The notes: generated from the letters alone by a model not told the origin. DNA of 32,288 nt from an uncultured archaeon (GCA_964471045.1 CAYYER010000001.1:1-32288); one strand, 5' to 3'; numbered from the stretch's first letter, positions 1 through 8,792 are shown. A program made the numbers and translations.

Positions 1-1
1 G

Positions 2-67
2 AAGAAAGTTGAGCAAAAGAGAGTTGAAAGCTTTGAAGACTGGAATGCTCATTCTGGAATTAACTAA
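2..67 (+). CDS. 3' end of an unidentified protein gene (partial, runs off the window start)
   Basis: Open frame from position 2 to TAA at 65-67 (..KKVEQKRVESFEDWNAHSGIN*). Purine-rich like other + strand genes. Too short to identify. Confidence 0.25.
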   Translation, partial: KKVEQKRVESFEDWNAHSGIN

Positions 68-80
68 AAAATGACCCTTA

Positions 81-602
81 CTATTTCCTCAGATAAATCT
101 TCTTCTTTAAATATTTCAAGTATTCTTTATATTTTTCCTTCTTGAGTATTCCGTCTCTTAAGGCTGAGTCCAATACAGCTTTTACCACGGAAAACCTTAG
201 AGCGTTTCTACTTTTCTGGTCTATTTCCATTTGTTTCTCTACCAATTTTAAGGCCAAATCGCACGTATTCAAACTTACTTCTATGCAATAATTCAATTCA
301 TCAGGACTTTTTGAGATACAGTAGGAGAGGTAAGAAATCATCCTAAGATTATTCAGCTTCTTCAACCTTTCCTTAACTTTTTTTGGATTTGTTTTCTGGT
401 AATCTTCAGCAATCTCTTTCTTCATTCTCCCAACAGCTTCGAAAAATGTTGAAAGCTGTTTGAGATTAGAAGTTGCGATAACATTCCTTTTAACTATTAG
501 GCCTAAAGGTGTGACAATTTCTTGACTATAAACAGTTGGAACTTTAGTTTTACTAACCCTCTTGTACAAGTCTCTAATTAATTCTTCGAAAACTTTTGTC
601 AT
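81..602 (-). CDS. hypothetical helical protein (173 aa), last gene of the 3530->81 operon
   Basis: ATG at 602-600 overlaps the TGA of the upstream gene (ATGA at 599-602). K/E-rich coding composition. No motif I recognise. Confidence 0.6.
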   Translation of the reverse strand: MTKVFEELIRDLYKRVSKTKVPTVYSQEIVTPLGLIVKRNVIATSNLKQLSTFFEAVGRMKKEIAEDYQKTNPKKVKERLKKLNNLRMISYLSYCISKSPDELNYCIEVSLNTCDLALKLVEKQMEIDQKSRNALRFSVVKAVLDSALRDGILKKEKYKEYLKYLKKKIYLRK

Positions 603-1291
603 CTATCTTCACCAAAAATTTTGGTATTGGTTTTTTTAAACTTCTCCGAATCTAAAACCGAAATTTCTTCTAGACCTATAGCTAAAGGTGCGTGAGGGGT
701 TGGATAGAATGAAATTATAGTCAAAAGATTCTCTAAGTCTTTCATCATATTTAACGCTACCTTCCTGCTCTTCGGTATATCCTTACCCCTAATTTCATTT
801 TCTCCGTAAACTGCTTCCGAAAATCTTAGGGAGTCATAGAGATGTAGAAGCTCTCCTGGATAAACATAGGTTGCACTCAAGGTTTCGTTTCCTAGCTTTA
901 TTCTAAGATTGTGTAAAGGCACTAAAGCTGGGTTTAAGCCTTCTCTTAAATCCTCCCTTACTCTCATCACATCTCTCTCTTTATCTATCAAAATTTCGAT
1001 CAACCTCCAATTTTTTTCTCCCCTTCCGTACCTATCGTCTGGACCAGACGAAAAATATCTTTGCAAGGTAGTTTTTGCACTCCTCAAAACAGAGTGAATT
1101 TTTGAAATTATATCAAAGGTATAATGTTTTTCGGGATATGAAATAAGGAGTAAATCGAGCGAGTAATCCTTTCTTATAGAAGCTCTTAATTTATTTATGT
1201 ATTTTTCGCCGAATAATCCATACTCTATTTTCTCTTTCACTTTTCCCAAATCGAAAAGTCTCCTCACGAACTCTTTAAGCTTTTCAGACAT
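599..1291 (-). CDS. hypothetical protein (230 aa)
   Basis: ATG at 1291-1289, 33 nt downstream of the preceding gene on the same strand and translationally coupled to the 173-aa gene. No recognisable motif. Confidence 0.6.
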   Translation of the reverse strand: MSEKLKEFVRRLFDLGKVKEKIEYGLFGEKYINKLRASIRKDYSLDLLLISYPEKHYTFDIISKIHSVLRSAKTTLQRYFSSGPDDRYGRGEKNWRLIEILIDKERDVMRVREDLREGLNPALVPLHNLRIKLGNETLSATYVYPGELLHLYDSLRFSEAVYGENEIRGKDIPKSRKVALNMMKDLENLLTIISFYPTPHAPLAIGLEEISVLDSEKFKKTNTKIFGEDR

Positions 1292-1324
1292 ATCCTTAAG
1301 ATAGAAAAGAAAAATATTAATTTC

Positions 1325-2458
1325 TTATCCTTTTCTCCCTTCTTTTTCTTTCTCCTTCAAAACTCTGGCTAGCTCGCGAATAAGCCTTCTCACGTATTCA
1401 CGCATTTCATAAACTTCCTTATCGGGAATTTGGTCTATTTTCTTTTGGTCCGCTAATTTCTTCAAATCTTCTATTCGCTTCCAAACATCCCAGTAATAGC
1501 CCTCTACAAGCTTTTTATCGATGAACTCTCGCTTGAAAGCCAAAGGAATCTCTTCCTCTTTCTTAGGCATTTTCTTTAGGGTTTTTAAAGCAGTAATAGC
1601 TGCCTTATAAAGCACTTCGTGCGTCCTCTCCAAAATCTTTTCTCTTTTCCTTAGCTCTAAAGCATTGAGCAAGCTAAACATTTTATTAACAAATTTCTCC
1701 GCTTTATCGATCCACTCGTCTACAAAAGCTCCGCTCACATCCATTAGCTCTTTATGCTCAATCTTTTTCCTGATTTCGATTATTTCTCTCAGCCATTCTG
1801 CATACTCTTGCTCTAGAATACCTGGCTCAACCAAGTATTTCTTAACTTCTTGGTAGGCTTTACTAGGAACAGGAGGAGCCAGACCCATGAACATTAGGAC
1901 AGCTTGCGCAGTATTCAGCATAGCATAATAGCAATCCTCAGCAAGCATTAAGAGCTTAACAGTCTTTGCTCTCATTAGCTTCTTGGGAGCTCCTTCCATG
2001 TAGCTTTCTATAGCTTCTCTTGTAGCAGGAATTCTCCCCATCTCCAAGAGTTTTTTTATTGGCGTGAAGAAGCCTGTATCATAAATCGCAACTCCCTCTT
2101 TTATAAAGTTATAAATTATTGGATGGCAAACTCTTGCATAATCCCAGAATTCGGTTAGAGTATAGCTAGGCTGAACAGAGATTCTTTCGGAAATTTTCTT
2201 GGCCATTTGCTCCAAATCCTCGTCGAGCTTTTCTTGAAATTCTGGAGTTATTTTAAAGCTAGCATCGTCTATGACAACAAAAACATCTACGTCGCTCTTC
2301 GGCTTAAACTCTTCTCTTGCGACAGAACCCATCATCACTATGCACTTGACATACTTTCCATACTTGTCCAAAACCTTCTTCGCAAATTTTTTTACCTTTT
2401 CCAAAACTTCCTCCTTCGTCTCAAGCTTCTCTTCCTTCTTTTTTTCTTTTTTTGCCAT
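1325..2458 (-). CDS. Pol-beta-superfamily nucleotidyltransferase fused to a HEPN-like helical domain (KNTase-like architecture), 377 aa
   Basis: NT signature G-S-x10-D-x-D (MMGSVAREEFKPKSDVDVFVVIDD). Helical C-terminal half carries an R-x4-H motif (RKKIEH, codons at 1754-1771). K/E-rich N- and C-terminal extensions. Its ATG directly follows the TAG of the upstream gene. Confidence 0.7.
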   Translation of the reverse strand: MAKKEKKKEEKLETKEEVLEKVKKFAKKVLDKYGKYVKCIVMMGSVAREEFKPKSDVDVFVVIDDASFKITPEFQEKLDEDLEQMAKKISERISVQPSYTLTEFWDYARVCHPIIYNFIKEGVAIYDTGFFTPIKKLLEMGRIPATREAIESYMEGAPKKLMRAKTVKLLMLAEDCYYAMLNTAQAVLMFMGLAPPVPSKAYQEVKKYLVEPGILEQEYAEWLREIIEIRKKIEHKELMDVSGAFVDEWIDKAEKFVNKMFSLLNALELRKREKILERTHEVLYKAAITALKTLKKMPKKEEEIPLAFKREFIDKKLVEGYYWDVWKRIEDLKKLADQKKIDQIPDKEVYEMREYVRRLIRELARVLKEKEKEGRKG

Positions 2459-2680
2459 CTAACCACTTCTTTTAACTTCAACCCTCAAAGGACAGAACGA
2501 AACTTCTTCACACTTTGGAATGTATTCCTCTCCCTGCTTATGAGCGTGCTCTTTTACCAAAGAAAAAACATAAGGGTCTCTTTCTTTCAACCTACTCAAG
2601 TCAGAAGTTTCTACTCTGTTAGCTGGCAACAAGCATCTTCCCTGCTTGTCCATAAAATTCCCTTTACACTTGTATTCCAT
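2459..2680 (-). CDS. small 4-Cys protein (73 aa from ATG 2680; GTG at 2689 would give 76 aa), possible metal-binding
   Basis: MEYKCKGNFMDKQGRC...IPKCEEVSFCP has two Cys pairs at the two ends plus HAH. Sits between the two NT-HEPN genes with a 1-nt gap upstream and a 0-nt gap downstream. GTGAGTAGG lies immediately 5' of the ATG. Confidence 0.5.
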   Translation of the reverse strand: MEYKCKGNFMDKQGRCLLPANRVETSDLSRLKERDPYVFSLVKEHAHKQGEEYIPKCEEVSFCPLRVEVKRSG

Positions 2681-2681
2681 C

Positions 2682-3530
2682 CTACTCACCTTCCATCTCT
2701 TCCAAAATACCTTTTGGCAACAATTTTTTCATTCTTTCAATTATTTCTTTTGCAAGCTTTAGTGCTTTTTCCAAGTAAGCTGGACTTACTTCCTTAACTA
2801 TTTTATGGTCAATATCCTTCCAGAGCTTATCCAACTCCTCAAACTTTTCTATAAATTCTGGTTCTAATTTTTCCTCCTTCACGAGCTTTTCCAAGAAGCC
2901 TGGGATAGCCTTTTGGTCTGGCTGAGCCTTATAATAATGCATTATTACAGCTTGGCAAGCATCGGTTGCCGCATACCTCAACTCAAAAATCATCGATTTT
3001 AGGTCAAGCTCGATTTTCTTGACTCTTGCTTCGCTAGCCCTTGCCTTTAGCTTTACAGCTTCTTCGCTAGGCGGTATCAAACCCATCTGGAGCATTCTTT
3101 GAACGGGCTTAATAAAACCTGTATCATAAATAGGCAGACCATATCTTAAGAAATTTATTAGCTCTGGGGAGCCAAGCTTTACCCAATTCCAGAATTCTGT
3201 AAGAGTGGTTGTTTGAATGTGCAAATCCTTAAGCTCTTGAGCGATTAGATAAAGCTGAGTATTAACCTTTTGCAAATCCTCCGAGCTTTTTGTGGCCGTA
3301 TCATCCAGAATGACCCAAACATCTATGTCGCTACCCTCCTTCATCATTCCCCTAGCTGCAGAACCGAAGATTAAAACTGATTTAATTATCTCGCCGTACT
3401 GCTTTCTAGCTTCATTGGTAAAAGCTATGACTTTTGAATAAACTTCCTTAGGAGGTTTTTTTACTTCCTTAACTTCTTCGACCAATTTCTCAGCTTTTTC
3501 CAATTCCTCTTCTAGCTTTTCCAAAGCCAT
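2682..3530 (-). CDS. Pol-beta-superfamily nucleotidyltransferase fused to a HEPN-like domain with degenerate R-x4-H motif, 282 aa (paralog of 1325-2458)
   Basis: IFGSAARGMMKEGSDIDVWVILDD NT signature. Shares LTEFW, IYDTGF and MG.IP blocks with the 377-aa protein. The position aligned to the HEPN Arg is Trp (WKDIDH). Confidence 0.7.
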   Translation of the reverse strand: MALEKLEEELEKAEKLVEEVKEVKKPPKEVYSKVIAFTNEARKQYGEIIKSVLIFGSAARGMMKEGSDIDVWVILDDTATKSSEDLQKVNTQLYLIAQELKDLHIQTTTLTEFWNWVKLGSPELINFLRYGLPIYDTGFIKPVQRMLQMGLIPPSEEAVKLKARASEARVKKIELDLKSMIFELRYAATDACQAVIMHYYKAQPDQKAIPGFLEKLVKEEKLEPEFIEKFEELDKLWKDIDHKIVKEVSPAYLEKALKLAKEIIERMKKLLPKGILEEMEGE

Positions 3531-3550
3531 ATTTATCTTTTGGGATAACC

Positions 3551-3558
3551 TATTTAAA
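3551..3558 (-). promoter_or_regulatory. putative TATA box (TTTAAATA on minus strand) for the 3530->81 operon
   Basis: Centre lies about 25 nt upstream of ATG 3530, the geometry expected for a leaderless archaeal transcript. Confidence 0.4.
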
Positions 3559-3594
3559 TATTTTTCTATTTTTAACCACTCATAAGTGAAAACA

Positions 3595-4128
3595 TTAGAG
3601 CAAGTAAGGTAGAACTGGATTTAGCAACTGCAAAAGAATAAGATTAAAGATGAAGTTTACTGGGATGGAAATGAAATCCATCTCCCCAAAGCCTTCGTAC
3701 TTCGCAAAATTTTTAAAAGCTAGGACTATCAGCATGATCCAAACCAAGCTCAGGCCCAAGCCTGAAAGGAAATAGATTAAGAGAACTGCTATAAAATCCC
3801 TGGGATTTCCCGGTCCTATGGAAGAAGGGTTGAAGCTCGGATTGTAAACCCATCTATCTCCCAAAATTGCATTGACTATACCTGGAGCTATCAGGAGAAA
3901 AATACAAAAATAAATGCCCGGAAGCAAACCATACTTTAGAGTAACTAGAATGGTTGAAATGGTGGTAAACTCTATTCCTCCTATGGTAGTCGGATTAAGC
4001 CTTCCTATTATGCATTTCTCTATCAAAACGAGCATGCAAGCTATCAAGAAGACTTGCTTAGTCAAAAAGACTAATGCACAAGCTAGGAAAGAAATAGCCA
4101 GGGCTATTTTTGGTTTTGCATCTTCCAT
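3595..4128 (-). CDS. integral membrane protein (177 aa, about 5-6 hydrophobic segments), function unknown
   Basis: Long hydrophobic runs (ALAISFLACALVFL, IACMLVLI, LVWIMLIVLAF, FIFNLILLQLL). ATG at 4128. Confidence 0.55.
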   Translation of the reverse strand: MEDAKPKIALAISFLACALVFLTKQVFLIACMLVLIEKCIIGRLNPTTIGGIEFTTISTILVTLKYGLLPGIYFCIFLLIAPGIVNAILGDRWVYNPSFNPSSIGPGNPRDFIAVLLIYFLSGLGLSLVWIMLIVLAFKNFAKYEGFGEMDFISIPVNFIFNLILLQLLNPVLPYLL

Positions 4129-4195
4129 GGTTAATTTAAAATTTAGTTAAGCTTAAGATTTAAAATTTAATTTTTCAAAAGACCAAAATTTTAAA

Positions 4196-5158
4196 ATGAT
4201 TAAGGTTGGGGTCAATGCTTCTCGCCGCTTGCTCTGGAACTATCCTTTGAGTAAAAGGTTTAAGATTCTCGACATGTTCCTAGAAATTTTTGAGAGATTT
4301 AAAAGGAGGGAAGAGTGGTACGTCGAGCTTGGAATAAGTGCATTCCCAGAAGTGTTTGGAGCTAGCGGAAAGGGGATTAAAAAGCAGGTTGCCCTCAAGA
4401 TCAGAAGAGTTGCCGATAAAAGAGGTTTTAAGCTAACCATTCACGCCCCCCATATAAACGAGAAGCTAATGCCAGATTTAAATCTGTGCTCTTTAAGTAA
4501 GGAGGAAAGGAAGACTTCTCTAAACTATGCGCTTTCGACCATAGATTTGGCTTACTTGCTAGAAGCCGAGTTTGTAACTTTCCATCCAGGCTACATTTAT
4601 AAGGGTTTTAGTCCGGGAAAGGAGAGATTTTTATCCAACTACTTGCATGAAGCAAAAAAATATTTGATTGAAAGCTTAAAAAAACTTGCAAGCCATGCAG
4701 AAAAGAATGGTTTAACCATTACCATAGAAAACATGGAACCAAGGATAGACGTTGGCTATCTATTAACCCATCCCTCTGAAACCAAAGAAGTGGTTAAGGC
4801 TGTTGGGAATAAGTTTTTGAAAATAACCTACGATGTAGCTCATGCTGCACTGGCTGCAAGCTATTACAAGTTTGACCAGGTTAAAAATTTTATGGAAATA
4901 GCCGACCAGGTTGTAAAGCTCCACATTCACGACAACCTTTGCAAGCCAGGACTTTATGGAAGAGTGGATTATGCAGAAGGAATAGGAGACTTGCATCTGG
5001 TTCCGTTAATAGGGAAAGGAAAGGTTCCGAACGAAGCGATTTTAAAAGTTGCGGGAAGGAAAAAGCTCGTGATCTATGAAGTCACTCCTTTAGAAGTTGA
5101 GTTCAGGCTTAGCCTGAAAAAATTAAGAGAAATTTTTGGCATTCCAGACAGCTTGTAG
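4196..5158 (+). CDS. sugar phosphate isomerase/epimerase family protein (xylose isomerase-like TIM barrel)
   Basis: Ordered motifs typical of the family: IHAPH, VTFHPGY, ITIENME, YDVAHA, LHIHDN, VIYEV. Confidence 0.7.
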   Translation: MIKVGVNASRRLLWNYPLSKRFKILDMFLEIFERFKRREEWYVELGISAFPEVFGASGKGIKKQVALKIRRVADKRGFKLTIHAPHINEKLMPDLNLCSLSKEERKTSLNYALSTIDLAYLLEAEFVTFHPGYIYKGFSPGKERFLSNYLHEAKKYLIESLKKLASHAEKNGLTITIENMEPRIDVGYLLTHPSETKEVVKAVGNKFLKITYDVAHAALAASYYKFDQVKNFMEIADQVVKLHIHDNLCKPGLYGRVDYAEGIGDLHLVPLIGKGKVPNEAILKVAGRKKLVIYEVTPLEVEFRLSLKKLREIFGIPDSL

Positions 5159-6949
5159 TTATCTCAACTCTTCTTTCTTCCATTTTTCAGGGGCAACTCT
5201 TTCGGTAGCAGCCCTTCCCAGGAAAGTATGCTCCTCTTCAGGCACATAAACTAAACCTTTCAAAGGGTCTAGAGCGTGCTCGAATATTATTGCTCTTTGC
5301 CTTTCCAAGGAAGCTATTTCGCCAGTAGCAAAACCGTAGAATTCCATCGGTAGTTTTTCGGGCGGTACATCCTTTTCCAAAAATTCAACTATTTTCCTTA
5401 AAGCGATTATGGATTGCTTGATAGGGTCTGGACCTCCTCCTCTCTCAAAAATTATGTAGTAATCTTTCTCATCCTTCCCAAAACCTTTCTTTCTCAGCTT
5501 ATACATTAGCTTGTAAAGGTACAATTGTTGCTCCGAACCCAAAGGAATTGGTATGTGAGCAGGGGCTAGAGGGGAGGGATAGCCTACATGAAGAACGATT
5601 ACAAATTTTCCTGCCTCCTCTGGTAAGCAATCTATTACAACCTCTGGGTCTAATCTTATGCTTAACATATGCTCAAAATCCATCGCTACAGCTAAGCAGA
5701 AGAAACCGGCTTCTTCATTGACTTGCTTAGCCAGATAATACATTTGAATTGGATTCGGTAAGCGGAGCCATTCTTCTATGCCTCTATGAGCCATCGGAGT
5801 TTCTAGAACTAAAGGCATGTTATACTTCTTTATTATCTTTTTTAAATCGTAATAAGTTTTCTTTGGATTCTTATCTTGGTTCAAATGCCCCCATATGTAT
5901 TTAGCAGAAACTGCAGGAACCCATAGATAGCTGTACTTCCTAAAATTCTCATCGTCTATACTTTTCTCCTTTATTCCTTTTTCTCTCAGCCATTCTTCCA
6001 CGCTTTTTTTCTCGCTCCTAGCAAAAAATTCTATGGTTGCATTTACTATGTTATTCCAGAGAGGATCATTAGTTCTTTCCATCCATTTTGCGATGAAATA
6101 GTAAGCTATTCTTTCAGGACCATAATGCAGAGTTCTTGATTGAACATAGTTTAAGAGAGCTGTTCTTATATCGGAGACCAAAACATTTAAACTTCTCTTA
6201 ATTTGTTCATTGACTATTTTTTTCTTGTCAGGTTCCAAACTCTCATAATCTTTTCCAGTTTCTATCTCCCATGTTTCGACTCTATCTAAGATTCTTCCTC
6301 TTAGAATTTCTGCTAAAGGTCTTCCAATAACTTCAATCCATATAAAATCTTGGGGATTGAGACCGCTTGCTTTAAAAGCTCCTTTTATATCCTCTACGCT
6401 TATCCCTTTCTTCTTTTTTAGCCATACATCATATACACATTCAGAAATATCCTCAACCCCTCCTCCTAGAGCCCAATCCAGTAAATCTTTATTTTCTTCT
6501 AAGAATTCTCTTAAAGGATTTCCGAAGAAATCGACTAAAGCTGCTGGCTGTAGATGCCTTTCGAGTAATAAAAATGGGTGAGATTCAGAAGAATGGATTA
6601 AAACATACTCGCTCTTTATTTCTCCAGATTTTTCAAGAATCTCTCTTAGTCTTTCATGCCCAAACTTATAATCCGTTTCTATAGCAGAATCCAACTCAGC
6701 AACCTCAACTCCAAAAGCCCGAGTTTCAGAATGGATTCCATACCTTACCCCTAACTTCCTTATCTTCTCCATATCTTCTTTCAAGTTTGGTGCCTTAAAC
6801 TCAGAGACAGATTCCAAATCTATCTGAACAAACTGCACGCCTTTAGTTATACAATACTCAGCTTTCTTCGCCAATCCTGCATACTGAATTTTTTCGGCTT
6901 CGGGAACTGCCCCGAATATTCCGCTTGAAACTCCGATCAAATAAGCCAT
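5159..6949 (-). CDS. 596-aa protein with remote xylose-isomerase/EndoIV-like TIM-barrel residue pattern interrupted by a large insertion; function unknown
   Basis: Ordered IHSE, LIHSSES, LVLETP, AMDFEHM, VLHVGYP..AHIP, IIFERGGG resembles the metal-ligand order of the TIM-barrel family. About 250 residues separate the second and third motif. Probable ATG at 6949, 1 nt after the stop of the upstream gene. The track's TTG at 6967 is less likely. Confidence 0.5.
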   Translation of the reverse strand: MAYLIGVSSGIFGAVPEAEKIQYAGLAKKAEYCITKGVQFVQIDLESVSEFKAPNLKEDMEKIRKLGVRYGIHSETRAFGVEVAELDSAIETDYKFGHERLREILEKSGEIKSEYVLIHSSESHPFLLLERHLQPAALVDFFGNPLREFLEENKDLLDWALGGGVEDISECVYDVWLKKKKGISVEDIKGAFKASGLNPQDFIWIEVIGRPLAEILRGRILDRVETWEIETGKDYESLEPDKKKIVNEQIKRSLNVLVSDIRTALLNYVQSRTLHYGPERIAYYFIAKWMERTNDPLWNNIVNATIEFFARSEKKSVEEWLREKGIKEKSIDDENFRKYSYLWVPAVSAKYIWGHLNQDKNPKKTYYDLKKIIKKYNMPLVLETPMAHRGIEEWLRLPNPIQMYYLAKQVNEEAGFFCLAVAMDFEHMLSIRLDPEVVIDCLPEEAGKFVIVLHVGYPSPLAPAHIPIPLGSEQQLYLYKLMYKLRKKGFGKDEKDYYIIFERGGGPDPIKQSIIALRKIVEFLEKDVPPEKLPMEFYGFATGEIASLERQRAIIFEHALDPLKGLVYVPEEEHTFLGRAATERVAPEKWKKEELR

Positions 6950-6950
6950 A

Positions 6951-8753
6951 CTAACCGGGCACCCCAAAACTTTTCTTCAAGTATCTAACTATTCTTGCAA
7001 AATTCCCTCCCGTCTCCCTTTGATGATATTTTGCAAGCCTATGGTGCATGGCAAACTCGTAAGGTCCGACTGCTCTAAAGAATCGAAGCTCTAGGCCAAA
7101 AGTTGCGAAGAACTTTCCTATACCCAGTCTAATTTTCTTACCTAATTCCTTAAACCTTTTCCTAGATTCCTCAGCTTTCTTAAGCCTCTCTTCTAACTTT
7201 CTTTCTTTCTCTTCTTTTTCTATCTCTTCGAGAGTTTTGTAAACTTCCTTATACCCTTCTTCGACTATTTTTTCTATCGAGAGAATTTTCCCCTCTTTTT
7301 CCCCCATCTCTCCAAGCATCCTGCTTATGTACTGTTCCAACTGCTTATCCCTTGCTATAAGCTCCAAACAATTAACGAGTATCAAATTCTGAGTTCTGGT
7401 TGCGGCATACAAATTCTCTATCCACAAATCTTCGACTTGAGCACCATTGGGCAATCTTAGAACAGTTCTTTCCATCGGAATGCAAATAAAAGTGAAGTAT
7501 GGACTAAAAACCCAGGGTTCTTTTCCGCCCAGAGCTGGCAAAGATTTCCTGAATTGGTCCAAAAGCATTTCCCTAGCTTTATACAAGTCGTAGGCTGTTA
7601 TCTTAACTCCATATTCTTTTTCTATTATTGGGACAAATGCTCTGACAACCCTATCTATGGAAGGTTCTTGAGGCAATCCAGAAACTTTTTCGTCCCATTT
7701 TTCCCCCAAATGCTTTTTAATCTCCAAAATCTCGCTCCTAGTAAAGCCTGCTTTTGAAGCTGGAATTTGGTCGAAGTATTCTCTAGTAATCTTATACTTT
7801 TCAGCAACCTGGAATGGCTTCCATGCCCAAAGGGTGACCTTATCCACAGAAATTGCTTGGGCGTCTGGCCTCATATGAGCAGCCTTAAGTATGCCCGCTC
7901 TTCCTTCTGGCATGCTAAGAGCTTCTGTAATCATCTTATACCTTGCTATAGTTGGCTTTAGCATTTCTCTATATTCTTCTATGGAAGCTTTCCTCATTTC
8001 AACCACGCTTAAAATTCTTCTATACCTTTGCTTAACGTTTTCCTTGAACATCTCTCTCCATTCTTTATAAAGCTTGTTTTTAGTGGCTAGAACAACGCCT
8101 TGAGCCTCAGAAACCCCATATTTTTTTGCAATTTCTTTTGGGTCTGTATCCTCGTCGGTTAGCTTCATGAAATCGGCTATGATGGTAGGCCACCTTGGGG
8201 CAATTAGCTTTAAGGCTATTCCTTCCCCTGTATGCACATCAACCTGATCTATAAAAATTGCTTTAAGAGTTTGTTCCCCCTCTCTCACAAGCTTTTCTCC
8301 CTCTTCCTTCTTTCCTTCTTTAATCAGCCTCTTTCCCTTTTCGATTTTAAGAAAATGATTCATGTATTCCCTATACTTTCTCAAATCGTGCAAGGCTAGC
8401 TCAAAATCTGAAATGGCTCTCGCAACGCTAGCTAAACCTTCTTTAATCCTTGCTTCCAAAGCTTCTTTTTGCCTCAGAGTCATCTCGTAGTATTCCCTAA
8501 AGACAGGGGATACAAAAATGCTTTCTTCTATCTTTGCGGTAAAGAATCCCCATTTGGGTAGCTGAAAGGAGAGAGCATAAAAAACTTCGCTAACTTTTCC
8601 GAGCGAGGAAGTAAAATCTAGGAGCATTTCTCCCTCGTAGGGAACAGCATTTATAACTTCTCCTGGCTCGAACCTAAGCTTCGCTTCAGGTCTTTCTGGA
8701 GGAATAACAAACCATGGTCTTGGTGCAGGAAATTCTGGAATGATCACTGGCAT
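6951..8753 (-). CDS. 600-aa soluble coiled-coil-rich orphan protein
   Basis: Probable ATG at 8753 (MPVIIPEFPAPRPW...); the track start 8789 is a TTG. Pro-rich N-terminus, heptad-like K/E-rich stretches near residues 100-180 and in the C-terminal 80 aa. No TM segment, no NTPase or nuclease motif I recognise. Confidence 0.6.
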   Translation of the reverse strand: MPVIIPEFPAPRPWFVIPPERPEAKLRFEPGEVINAVPYEGEMLLDFTSSLGKVSEVFYALSFQLPKWGFFTAKIEESIFVSPVFREYYEMTLRQKEALEARIKEGLASVARAISDFELALHDLRKYREYMNHFLKIEKGKRLIKEGKKEEGEKLVREGEQTLKAIFIDQVDVHTGEGIALKLIAPRWPTIIADFMKLTDEDTDPKEIAKKYGVSEAQGVVLATKNKLYKEWREMFKENVKQRYRRILSVVEMRKASIEEYREMLKPTIARYKMITEALSMPEGRAGILKAAHMRPDAQAISVDKVTLWAWKPFQVAEKYKITREYFDQIPASKAGFTRSEILEIKKHLGEKWDEKVSGLPQEPSIDRVVRAFVPIIEKEYGVKITAYDLYKAREMLLDQFRKSLPALGGKEPWVFSPYFTFICIPMERTVLRLPNGAQVEDLWIENLYAATRTQNLILVNCLELIARDKQLEQYISRMLGEMGEKEGKILSIEKIVEEGYKEVYKTLEEIEKEEKERKLEERLKKAEESRKRFKELGKKIRLGIGKFFATFGLELRFFRAVGPYEFAMHHRLAKYHQRETGGNFARIVRYLKKSFGVPG

Positions 8754-8792
8754 AATATAAATTTGTTTTTTTGAAATCTTATTATTCAAGAT

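Noticed and set aside
4134-4170. 12-nt direct repeat ATTTAAAATTTA at 4134-4145 and 4159-4170
   Set aside because: Near-identical AAATTTAAAATTT words recur at most promoter gaps (about 9213, 11046, 15152, 20650 and 26181). It is best explained as generic BRE/TATA-type promoter sequence in AT-rich DNA, not a specific repeat element.
8754-8789. TTG/GTG-extended starts in the ORF track (8789, 6967, 2689, 12785, 26208, 31989, 9238)
   Set aside because: In each case an ATG lies 2-25 codons downstream with better context (SD-like motif, 0-1 nt coupling to the upstream stop, or correct TATA spacing). The extension would overlap neighbours or promoter elements. Kept only as alternatives.
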